Positions 39,151-48,500 of a stretch of 64,000 bases of DNA are shown here, one piece after another. Every line of letters starts with the position of its first letter. Within the stretch, counting starts at the first letter, position 1. Source of the stretch: Oxalobacteraceae bacterium UBA6704. GTDB taxonomy: Bacteria > Pseudomonadota > Gammaproteobacteria > Burkholderiales > Burkholderiaceae_D. The notes beneath the pieces are model-generated. The model was not told the origin of the DNA. It saw nothing but the letters and a program-made list of their open reading frames with translations, and made no database searches. The position numbers were made by a program, and so were the translations under genes. Location: contig DKJA01000148.1 of NCBI GenBank assembly GCA_002454505.1, positions 877-64,876 on the forward strand. Reading direction: 5' to 3'.

Positions 39151-39396
39151 TCAGTCGCGGCCGGCGAGGTTGCGCAGTTCGGCGGCCTGGTCCGGCGAGG
39201 TGGCGTCGAATTCCTTTGCCAGGCTTTGCAGCGCGGCGCGGTCACGCAGCGTCGATGGCTGGGAGGCGCTGCCGTGCGAGGCGGCGGAAGCGGCCGGTGC
39301 CATGAAGAACAGTGCGCGGAGGAAGGCGGCGGCGGTGCGGCCGACGCTGTCCATGTAGCCGCCGGTTGCCTGGGTGGTGATGATTGCAGTGGACAT
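39151..39396 (-). CDS. Small hypothetical protein (81 aa)
   Basis: AAGGAG RBS, its own terminator, typical codon usage. Confidence 0.7.
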   Translation of the reverse strand: MSTAIITTQATGGYMDSVGRTAAAFLRALFFMAPAASAASHGSASQPSTLRDRAALQSLAKEFDATSPDQAAELRNLAGRD

Positions 39397-39574
39397 GGCA
39401 GACTCCTTGGAAAATGTTCGTTTGTTGCGGTGCAGTATAGGGGCGCCTCAGTCATAAAAAAACTTTCCGTTCGTGATGTGTTCCATACAGCGACCGTATA
39501 CTTATCGGTGCGATAACGGCCGGTGTTCATAAGCGCACACGATAACTGTCCGATGGTGGACGGTATGACTGCAT

Positions 39575-39615
39575 GGGGACTGTCCCTGGCTTCACAGGGA
39601 CTGTCCCCGGGGTTG
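39575..39615. repeat. REP-like unit (family C)
   Basis: GGGGACTGTCCCTGGCTTCACAGGGACTGTCCCCGGGGTTG. Confidence 0.8.
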
Positions 39616-39673
39616 CCTGACCATGCTGGCACAGGCATTGCAATGAACCAGGCAGACAAAAACCGGAGACCTC

Positions 39674-42067
39674 ATGCCCCACATCCGCATCGCCCTGCGC
39701 CAGTTCGCCCGCCAGCCGCTGCACGCGGCCGCCATGCTGCTCGGCCTGTCCATCGGCATGGCGGCCGCCTTCCTGCTGCTGGCGTTCGTCCATTACTCGT
39801 TCAGCTACGACAGCGCGGTGCCCGACAACGGCCGCGTGTTCGTCCTCAAGCACAAGCTGAACCTGCTGGCGCAACCGCAGTGGGTCGAGCGGATGCCGCT
39901 GCCCGCGTACGACGTGCTGGCCGGCAGCGGCCTGCCGCTGATGCTGTGCATGGCCACGCCGCACAAGATCACGCTGAAGCTGGACGGCATGTTGCGCGAC
40001 GTGGAATTCACCGAAGTGAGCGACACCTTCCCCGTCATGTTCGGCGTCGCCGCCACGGCCGGCGACCTGCACGCGGCACTGGCGCGGCCGGACGGCCTGG
40101 CGCTGACACCGCAAGGCGCGCTGGCGCTGTTCGGCACCGCGCCGGCATTGGGCCGCACGGTGGACGTTGATGGCAAGGTGCTGCGCGTGCTGGCGCTGCT
40201 GCCCGAGCCGCCGCCGAATACGACGCTGCCGTACCGCGCCCTCGTCGGCAACGGCACGGTGCTGTGGGCCCCCGGCGCGCGCGAGCGCATGCGGCACGAG
40301 TGGCTGGCGCTGGCGGGCAAGCTGTTCGTCAGGCCGGCGGCGGGCGTGCCGGCGGAGTCGGTGCGGGCGGCGATGCAGCAGGGCGCGGACCGCATCCTGC
40401 CGCAGCTGGTCGGCGAAGAGACCACGCGCCGCCTCGGCACGATCGCGGAGATCGGCATCACGCCGCTGGCCGATGCCTACTTCGACACGTCCGTGGCCGC
40501 GTTCCAGGGTGGCCCGCGCGCATCGAAAGCCGGCGTGCTGGCGGTGGCCGCGCTGGCCGTGCTGATCCTCGGCCTGGCCGCGACGAACTACGTCAACCTC
40601 GCCACGCTGCGGGTGCTGGACCGCGCGCGCGAGATCGCCGTCCGCAAGACGCTGGGCGCCGGCACGGGCAGGCTGGCGTTGCAGTTCGTGGCGGAATCCA
40701 TCGCCGCGGCGCTGGCGGCGACGGCCGCCGGTCTGCTGCTGGCGTGGCTGCTGCTGCCCGTGTTCTCGACGTTGATGGACCGTCCGCTGGACCAGTTCCT
40801 GTCCGGCTCCGCATTGCTGGCCGCGCTGGCGCTCGGTGTCGGCGTCGGCATCGCCTGCGGCATCTGGCCGGCGCGGCTGGCCTTGCGCGTGCTGCCCGGC
40901 CAGGCGCTCGCTGGACGTAACGGCAGCGAGACAGCCGGCACCGCATGGCTGCGCCGCAGTCTCACCGTGTTCCAGTTCGCCGCCGCGATCGGGCTGTGCG
41001 CGCTGGCGCTGGCGATCGGCTGGCAGGCGCGCTTTGCCGCCACGGCCAATCCCGGCTTCGCGGTGGACGACTTCGCGCTGTTGCAGCTGCCGCCGGCACC
41101 GAACGCCACGCGGCTGGCGTTGCGCGCCGCGCTGGCCCGCCAGCCGCAGGTGACTGGCGTGGCCGCCATCGACCGCGCCTTCGGTGCGCCCGGCATCCCG
41201 ATGAGTACCGCGTTCCGGCGCGCGGGCGGTGGCGAACAGCGTTTCGACCTGTCGATGGTCAGTCCGGATTTCTTTGCCGTGTCGGGAGTCGCACCGCTGA
41301 CCGGCCGCGCGTTCGACGGTAACCGGCCGGCCGTGCCGCAGGCCGGCGACGCGATGCTGAACGAGCCGGCCGCGCTGGCGCTAGGCTTCCCGTCGGCCAC
41401 GGCAGCCGTCGGCCAGACGGTGACGGAGGGCGGCGGCAGGGCGCTGCGCATCGTCGGCATCGCACCGCCGCTGCGGCACCAGGGCCTGCGCCATCCGCTG
41501 CTGCCGATGGCCTACATGGTGGAGCAGGGCGAGGCGGACGTGCTGCTGGTGCGCAGCCGCGCGGATGCGGCCACGCTGCATGCCGCGCTGGCGCCGCTGT
41601 GGCAGCAGTACTTCCCCGGCTATCCGCTGGACGTGGGCAGCGCCCGCGCCACCTTCGAAGCGGGCAGCGCGGACGACTGGCGCGCCGCCAGCCTGCTGAC
41701 CGCCGGCGGCATTGTCGCGACGGGTATCGCCGCCTTCGGCATCTACGTCCTGGCTGCCGGCACGGTGCAGCGCCGCGGCCGCGAGATCGCACTGCGCAAG
41801 CTGCACGGCGCCCGCCGCCGCGCCATCGCCACGCTGGTCGGCGCCGAGTTCGCGGTGCTGCTGCTGGCCGCCGCGGCCCTGTCGCTGCCGCCTGCCGCCA
41901 TCGCGATTGCGCACTACCTGGCACCGTTCGCCGTCATCGCGCCGGCCACGTGGTGGGCACTCCCCGCCGCACTGGCCCTCGGCACGCTGGTCGCACTGGC
42001 CGCCACGATCCGCCACGCCATCGCCGCGCTGCGCATCCGCCCCGCCGCCGCACTCCGGCAAGGCTGA
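39674..42067 (+). CDS. MacB/FtsX-type ABC transporter permease (duplicated domain, 797 aa)
   Basis: NYVNLAT...RAREIAVRKTLGA...QFVAES and a second RGREIALRKLHGA motif; two periplasmic domains. Confidence 0.88.
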   Translation: MPHIRIALRQFARQPLHAAAMLLGLSIGMAAAFLLLAFVHYSFSYDSAVPDNGRVFVLKHKLNLLAQPQWVERMPLPAYDVLAGSGLPLMLCMATPHKITLKLDGMLRDVEFTEVSDTFPVMFGVAATAGDLHAALARPDGLALTPQGALALFGTAPALGRTVDVDGKVLRVLALLPEPPPNTTLPYRALVGNGTVLWAPGARERMRHEWLALAGKLFVRPAAGVPAESVRAAMQQGADRILPQLVGEETTRRLGTIAEIGITPLADAYFDTSVAAFQGGPRASKAGVLAVAALAVLILGLAATNYVNLATLRVLDRAREIAVRKTLGAGTGRLALQFVAESIAAALAATAAGLLLAWLLLPVFSTLMDRPLDQFLSGSALLAALALGVGVGIACGIWPARLALRVLPGQALAGRNGSETAGTAWLRRSLTVFQFAAAIGLCALALAIGWQARFAATANPGFAVDDFALLQLPPAPNATRLALRAALARQPQVTGVAAIDRAFGAPGIPMSTAFRRAGGGEQRFDLSMVSPDFFAVSGVAPLTGRAFDGNRPAVPQAGDAMLNEPAALALGFPSATAAVGQTVTEGGGRALRIVGIAPPLRHQGLRHPLLPMAYMVEQGEADVLLVRSRADAATLHAALAPLWQQYFPGYPLDVGSARATFEAGSADDWRAASLLTAGGIVATGIAAFGIYVLAAGTVQRRGREIALRKLHGARRRAIATLVGAEFAVLLLAAAALSLPPAAIAIAHYLAPFAVIAPATWWALPAALALGTLVALAATIRHAIAALRIRPAAALRQG

Positions 42068-42074
42068 CCCCTCG

Positions 42075-42177
42075 AAAAGTTGCCGGAAAAATGGGGACGG
42101 ACCCCATTTTCCGAGCAACATTTCCTGTAAAACAGGCGGTCCGCCGTTGCGGTCTGACCCTGTTTTACAGGAAATGT
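42075..42177. repeat. Composite REP-like element (family D plus a GGGTCAGACC-type hairpin)
   Basis: Family D palindrome followed by the ACATTTCCTGTAAAACAGG...CCTGTTTTACAGGAAATGT inverted repeat, which contains GGTCTGACCC. Confidence 0.75.
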
Positions 42178-42210
42178 TTTACAGGAAACAAAAAGTCGGT
42201 TACAGCTGCG

Positions 42211-42229
42211 AATGAGAAGTGTTATCATT
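42211..42229. promoter_or_regulatory. Fur box
   Basis: AATGAGAAGTGTTATCATT upstream of the TonB-dependent receptor. Confidence 0.75.
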
Positions 42230-42257
42230 TATCCCCTCTCATTCCGTACCCTCCATC

Positions 42258-44342
42258 ATGCAAGACACTTTCCACCTGTTTTCCCTGTCCCGTTGCGCAG
42301 CCGCTGTGAGCGCGGCGCTGGCTGTTTTTGCGCTGCCCGCGCAGGCGCAGGAGGCGGCGGCCGGCGAGCCGCTGGAAACGGTCACCGTGACGGGCAACTG
42401 GCTCGGCTCCGGGCTGCAGAACAGCGTGAAGAACTTCGCCGGTGCGCGCACGATGGTGCAGAAGGAGGACATCGAAGCCAGCGGCGCCGCCAGTATCGGC
42501 GACGTGCTGCGCCGTATCCCCGGCGTGCAAAGCACGGACAACTCCGGCAGCGCCGGCAGCGCGATCTCGCTGAACATCGGCGTGCGCGGCCTGACCGGGC
42601 GCTATTCGCCCCGCTCGACGGTGCTGCTGGACGGCGTACCGCTGGCGGTGGCGCCGTATGGCCAGCCGCAGCTGTCGTTCGCGCCGGTGAGCCTGAACAA
42701 TATCGAATCGATCGACGTGGTGCGCGGCGGCGGCGCCGTCCGCTACGGCCCGCAGAACGTGGGCGGCATCATCAACTTCGGCACGCGCTCGATCCCCGAT
42801 GCACCGGGCATCGCCGGCGATGCGAGCATCCGCTACAACCACTTCGGCGAAGGCGGTCATAACACGCAGTACAGCGCCTTCGTCGGCTCGCAGCTGGACA
42901 ACGGCTTCGGCATCGCGCTGCTGTACTCCGGCATGGACGGCACCGAATGGCGCGCCGGCAGCGACGAGAAGGTCAACGACTTCGCGCTGAAGTTCCGCTA
43001 CCTGATCGACAGCCATTCGCAGGTGTACGGCAAGCTGTCTTACTACGATGTGACGTCGAAAACGCCGGGCGGCCTGACGGTGGCGCAGTACAACGCCGAC
43101 CCGTTCCAGAACACCCGCCCCACCGACTACTGGGACGGCGAACGCAAGGGCATCGACCTGGGCTACCTGAACACGATTTCGGCAACGCAGGAAGCGGAAG
43201 TTAAGGTGTACTACAACGAGAGCTCGCGCGGCAGTGCGCTGATCAACGCGGCGCGTACGCAGATCGCCTACCAGCCCCGCAACTACCAGGTGCTGGGCAT
43301 CGAGCCGCGCTACACGCAGCGCCTGAAATGGGGCGCGATGACGCACGACGTGACAGCCGGCTACCGCTTCCTGCGCGAGCGTGGCGACGACAACTCGTAC
43401 AACGTCACCATCGCCAGCGGCGCACGCAGCGCCACCGCAACCTTCGACAACGCCACCGATGCGCACGCGCTGTACGTGGACGACCGCATCGCCTACGGTG
43501 TCTGGCGCGTGACGCCGGGCGTGCGCTTCGAGAAGATCGAATCGCAGCGCGACGACCTGGCCGCGCGCCGCACGTTCGAGACGGACAACAACAAGGCGCT
43601 TCCTTCGCTGAACGTGGCCTACCTGTACACGCCGGCGCTGACGCTGTTCACCAACTACGGCACGTCGTTCGGCCCCGTGCAGAACCTGCAGCTCAATTCG
43701 CAGACGGGCACCAATCCGCTCAAGCCCGAACTGGCGCGCACGGTGGAACTGGGCGCGCGCTACAAGGCGCACGGCCTGTCGGCGGAAGGCACGCTGTACC
43801 GCCTGCGCTTCGACAACCAGATCACCCAGGTGCCTGGCATCACGCCGGCCACCTTCCGCAATATCGGCGCAACGCGCCACGAGGGCATCGAGACGGCGCT
43901 GGATTACCGCTTCAGCGATGGCGTGCTCGATGGCCTGAACCTGTACGCGAACTGGAACTACACGAAGGCGATCCAGGAATCCGGCGCGACGGCCGGCCTG
44001 GACGTGCCGTTCTACTCGCGCCGCACCGGCACGATCGGCGCGCGCTATGAAGTGGGCGCGTTCTCGGCCGGCCTGTCCGGCAGTGCGCAGAGCGCCCAGT
44101 TCTCCGATGCGGAGAACACCATTGCTGAAGCGGCCAATGGCGGCGTGGGCCGCATTCCCGGCTTCGGCGTCTACAACGCGCAGGTTGGCTGGAAGCTCCC
44201 CGGCAAGCCGGGCGTGCAGTTGCTGGCCGGCGTGAACAACCTGGCGGACAAGCGCTATTACACGCGCAATGTCGATGGCAATGCGGGCCGCATGGTGGCT
44301 GCTTCGCGCACGACTTATGTGCAGGCGCGGGTTTGGTTCTAG
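42258..44342 (+). CDS. TonB-dependent receptor, FecA (ferric citrate)-like, without an N-terminal signalling domain
   Basis: RSTVLLDGVPLAVAPYGQPQLSFAPVSL.NIESIDVVRGGGAVRYGPQNVGGIINF closely follows the FecA plug; C-terminal Phe. Confidence 0.88.
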   Translation: MQDTFHLFSLSRCAAAVSAALAVFALPAQAQEAAAGEPLETVTVTGNWLGSGLQNSVKNFAGARTMVQKEDIEASGAASIGDVLRRIPGVQSTDNSGSAGSAISLNIGVRGLTGRYSPRSTVLLDGVPLAVAPYGQPQLSFAPVSLNNIESIDVVRGGGAVRYGPQNVGGIINFGTRSIPDAPGIAGDASIRYNHFGEGGHNTQYSAFVGSQLDNGFGIALLYSGMDGTEWRAGSDEKVNDFALKFRYLIDSHSQVYGKLSYYDVTSKTPGGLTVAQYNADPFQNTRPTDYWDGERKGIDLGYLNTISATQEAEVKVYYNESSRGSALINAARTQIAYQPRNYQVLGIEPRYTQRLKWGAMTHDVTAGYRFLRERGDDNSYNVTIASGARSATATFDNATDAHALYVDDRIAYGVWRVTPGVRFEKIESQRDDLAARRTFETDNNKALPSLNVAYLYTPALTLFTNYGTSFGPVQNLQLNSQTGTNPLKPELARTVELGARYKAHGLSAEGTLYRLRFDNQITQVPGITPATFRNIGATRHEGIETALDYRFSDGVLDGLNLYANWNYTKAIQESGATAGLDVPFYSRRTGTIGARYEVGAFSAGLSGSAQSAQFSDAENTIAEAANGGVGRIPGFGVYNAQVGWKLPGKPGVQLLAGVNNLADKRYYTRNVDGNAGRMVAASRTTYVQARVWF

Positions 44343-44902
44343 GGGGGTGTCTTCCGGCTTCGTGAGTAGAAGCCGATGTTCAAGTGGTGGTAGCGGCACA
44401 GCTTCACGAATGCATCAGTTGCAAGGGAGTGCGCAGGGTGATTGATGTCGCGCGCGATGTATACTTTGTCGTCGATATCGTCACGATACACCGGCGTGTC
44501 GATCATCCTGCCACTATCGCCGAGGGAGACGAACGTCGATCGGCTCCCATCGATGAATTCGTATCGAGTGAGCAGCTTGCAAAGGAAGAAAGGATATTCA
44601 GCGCCTTCGCATTCGATGATCAGTGGCTGAAATTCCATCACTCCGGGGATGCATCGCTCGAACACATCCTTTGCTTTTTCCGAGAACAGGGGAATGCCGA
44701 TATTTGACTCCAGAAAATCCGATCGCGAAATGATGCCGGAAGTCACCCACTCCTGCGCTTTCCCTCTCGGTGTGGTGTAGCGTAGGAATTTACCTTCGTC
44801 GGTTCCCCACATGAAGTAGCCGAACAGCCGCCCGCGTGAATCTTTCAAATCGATTCGGTCGCCACCAGTGTTCTCTGCGCTGGTCAGGTGGTAGAGTGTC
44901 AT
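44339..44902 (-). CDS. Putative immunity protein (Imm11/DUF1629-like), second copy
   Basis: Lower GC; paralogous to 45017-45565 (GRL..YF.W...GKFL, DFL.SNI.IP.FS.KAK, IARD, TD.F...CR...LNI.F); GAGAGGA RBS before ATG 44902. Confidence 0.75.
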   Translation of the reverse strand: MTLYHLTSAENTGGDRIDLKDSRGRLFGYFMWGTDEGKFLRYTTPRGKAQEWVTSGIISRSDFLESNIGIPLFSEKAKDVFERCIPGVMEFQPLIIECEGAEYPFFLCKLLTRYEFIDGSRSTFVSLGDSGRMIDTPVYRDDIDDKVYIARDINHPAHSLATDAFVKLCRYHHLNIGFYSRSRKTPP

Positions 44903-44903
44903 G

Positions 44904-45014
44904 TCACTTCCTCTCATTCGGCCAATAGAATTTGCCGTATTCACGATAGTAATTGAGCGCAAAGATGAAGTCGTCGAGTGTCGGTGTACCCGTACTTTTG
45001 CACGGCCGCCTGTC
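44904..45014 (-). pseudogene. C-terminal remnant of another small (immunity-like) gene
   Basis: Open frame with no start: DRRPCKSTGTPTLDDFIFALNYYREYGKFYWPNERK*, ending 1 bp before the next ATG. Confidence 0.4.
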
Positions 45015-45016
45015 AG

Positions 45017-45565
45017 CTATGTAATTGGACTGAAGAAAATATTTAGCTTAAATTTTCGACATATCTCAGTAAATTTATCTGTGACCACCCATTCTTCTAA
45101 ATTTTTTGAATCTCTGGCGATCCCGAAATCAACTGATATGGATTCTTTAAAGGCCGCTTTCGTTATAATGGGATCTTCGCCCCGCGAGGGGCGAAATGAA
45201 GATCGCGCTTCGTCGACAAGATCCAGTCGGGTTTTTATTTTTGCCAGAAAGAATAAGTGTTCTTGCAATCCCGAACTGATTGTAATCTCATGAAATTCCA
45301 TTTCGTCTGGCAACTCAATTTCAAATATTAGTTTTGCCTTTTTTGAGAAAATCGGAATATCAATATTTGATTGCAGAAAGTCTAAAGATTTCAAGTCGTC
45401 TTCGGCAAGCGGGTCTTGGGCGATTCCGCGAGATTTGGTAAAGTTGAGGAATTTGCCATCTCCGTCGTTCCAGATGAAATAGCGGGAAAGGCGCCCGGCA
45501 GGATCGCTTAATTCGACAAGAGCTCCTTTTGTTCGAAGTTCCATGTCGAGACTATAAAATTTCAT
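45017..45565 (-). CDS. Putative cognate immunity protein (Imm11/DUF1629-like)
   Basis: AT-rich ORF 8 bp downstream of the Rhs stop, with a GAGGTG RBS. Confidence 0.8.
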   Translation of the reverse strand: MKFYSLDMELRTKGALVELSDPAGRLSRYFIWNDGDGKFLNFTKSRGIAQDPLAEDDLKSLDFLQSNIDIPIFSKKAKLIFEIELPDEMEFHEITISSGLQEHLFFLAKIKTRLDLVDEARSSFRPSRGEDPIITKAAFKESISVDFGIARDSKNLEEWVVTDKFTEICRKFKLNIFFSPIT

Positions 45566-45573
45566 TTTTCACC

Positions 45574-48500
45574 TCATGCACAGGTTATTTTCCCAGTCTT
45601 GAACCCTGTTCGTTTTTCTCTTTGGAGTTCCAGTATTCCTTCCTGTATCCGTCGATAATCCCAACCATTTTTCTCCGCACGGCCCTGCACCTTGTTCAGT
45701 TCTTTCCACATTGATTTGTTGTACTCCGAGTGCTCCTTGGTCCACCCGCGATGCAGTCCCAGATTCGGATTAGGATCGATGCCCTTCGCTACAGGCAGGT
45801 ACATCATATTGCTGGCCCCGTTGATATCCATCCCTGACTGAATGAAGATCGGATGATCTTTAAGCCGGTACGGAATGATGTGCTGCCGCTGATACCCCTG
45901 CCTCGTGGCCATCCACGTCGGGAACCGCTCGCCCGACAGTCCCAGCGGATCGACCCATGACAGCGGATTCACCGCATACAACTGCAGGTTCTCCCCGCCG
46001 GCCAGCCCGATCGGATCCTGCGTCACGAACCGCCCGATATCCGGATCATAAAACCGGAACGTGTTGTAGTGCAGCCCGATATCGCGATCGAGGTACTGGC
46101 CCTGGAAGCGCAGGTTCTGCGGGATCGCTTTTGCCACGCCGGGCGTACTGGCCACCCACGTCTCGCTGACCGCCGTTCCCCACGTTGCATACTGCGCCGT
46201 CCACACCACGTCGCCGGACGCGGCGCGCAGTTCTTCCGGCAGTCCCACCGCATCGTTATGGAAGTGGAAGACGCCTGAGGTGGCCGGCACTGCATCCACG
46301 CCGCTGTCGACCCGTGCCAGCGGAACATAGCTGTCCGGCTCATACAGATATGTGGCCACGCTGCCGCCGCGCTGCTCCTGCAGCAGCCGCAGCTGGTCCC
46401 ACAGGAACAGCGTGGTGCCGAAGGCGTCGTGCTTCCTGATGCGGCGGCCCAGCGCGTCGTAGTCGAAGCTGGCCAGCTGGCGCACGCCATTGCGCACCGT
46501 CTCAACTTCGCGCAGCCGGTGTTCGCCATCGTAGAAGAAGCGCTGCTCGGTGTGTCGGCCGATGCGCTTCGTCTCGATGCGGCCGTGCACGTCGTATTCG
46601 TAGCGCTTGTCCTCGAACGTCGTCACGCGGTTGTACTTCACGTAGCCACCCACGTTCGCGCTGTCGACCAGGTTGGCCGCGGCATCCCAGCCGAATACCT
46701 CGCGCTGCGCGGCACTGGCGGCGGAAATGACACGGCCCAGCACATCGTAGCGGTAGCGCGTTTCGCCATGGCGCGAGTCCAGCTTGCGGACCAGCTCACC
46801 GGCGCGGTCGTACTGCCATTCCTTGCGCAGCACCGGTTCATGCGCACCGGCGGTGTTCTGCCACGCCTTGCGGCCCAGCCGGTCGTAACCGAACTGCGTC
46901 GACAGCTGCCCTTGCGTGCGGACGACCTCGCGGTGCAGGTCGTCGCGTTCGATATCGCTGACGATGGCGCCGTCGATATTGACCTGGTGCAGATGACCGG
47001 AACCATAGTGCAGCAGGTTGATCGTGCGGCCATCGGGCAGTGTGGTGGCACAGCGGTTGCCCAGTTCGTCGTAGCGGTGCTGCAGCGTGCCCAGGTGGCC
47101 GCTTTCGGTGACCGGTTCTCCCCGCGGGCCATAGCCGAACTGCAGACGGTCGTGCACCACGCGATGTTTGCCATCGTCCGAAAACAGTTCCGCCTGCAGC
47201 AGCTGGCCCGTCTGATCGTAGCGGAACAGCGTGCTGCGGCCGCGCACCTGCTTCAAGGTCAGGCGGCCCAGCGCGTCCCGTTCCAAGTGCTGGGTCACCG
47301 CATCGGGATCGCCCGCCGCATCGGTCACCTGCACGGCCAGTCCGCGCGCATCGTGCTCGATGCGTTTGACCGTGCCATCCAGGCCGGTCTCTGCGACGAG
47401 GTTGTCGTTGCGGTCGTAGCCGAAGCGGTAAGCCTCGCCGTTCTCGTTGACCAGCTGCGCCAGCCGGTGCGCCGTATCGTAGACGAAGGTCACGCTGTGG
47501 CCCAGTGCATCGATGCGGCGGGTGGGCAGGCCGCGTGCGTTGCGCTCGTACCGCGTCACGCCTTCGCCCGGATCGGTGATTGCGACAAGGCGGCCGGCGG
47601 CGTCGTAACGCAGCGCCTGAACGCCGCCTTCCGCATCGACGATGCCCGTCACGCGGCCCAAGGCATCGGTCTCGTAGCGCGTTGCGTTACCCAGCGCATC
47701 GGTGACGCTGGCCAGCACGCCGCGCGCGTCGTAGCCGAAGCGGGTCGTCTTGTTCGAGCAGTCCGTGTACGCGATCATCTGCGCACACGCGTTCCACGCC
47801 ATGTGCTTGTAGCCGCCGCGCGCATCGCGGATCGTGTGCGGCAGGCCGCGGTCATCGAGCGACTGTTCGGTCGTAAAACCTGCGGGATCGGTGACGAGCA
47901 CCAGGTTGCCGCGCGCATCGTACTCGTAGTTCCAGCGGTTGCCCGCTGCATCCGCTTCCCCCGCCGGCACGTCGAAGCGGTCGTGCCATTGCGTGCGCTC
48001 GATCTGGCCCAGCGCGTTGGTGACCTGCGTCATCCGGCCCAGCGCGTCGTAGTCGAACAAGGTGATGGCGCCGAGCGGATCGACCGCTTCGACCAATTGG
48101 CGATTGTCGTCCCAGCCATAGCGCCACAGGTGGCCTTCCGCATCGATGTAGGCCGTCGGCTGGCAGTCGGCATTCCATTCCCACTGCTGCTGGCGGTCCA
48201 GCTGGTCCGTGACGAGCGTGCGGCGCGCGGCGAGGTCGTAGCGCAGCGTGTAGGCCTCGCCGTCGTCGGTCCAGTGACGCACCACGCGGGCCGTGGCGCC
48301 AGCGCCTTCCCAGTCATAGAAACAATGCAGGCCGCCCGGGGTGCCGTGCTCGCACATCAGGCTGTGCCGGTACGCGAATCGGCGCGTGGCCTGTCCGGTA
48401 CGGTCGATCACCTCGGTCAGTTCGCCGTGCGCGCTGTAACGGTATTCGACCAGCGTTTCGGCCGGTTCTTCGAGCGCGCCGATAACGAGGCGCAGCGCGG

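Noticed and set aside
39397..39560. AT-rich leader as a possible riboswitch
   Set aside because: I could not recognise any aptamer consensus; it looks more like a transcription-factor-bound promoter. An Rfam scan would settle it.
44339..45940. Low-GC stretch as a prophage or integrative element
   Set aside because: No integrase, att sites or phage genes; fully explained by the toxin tip and immunity genes.
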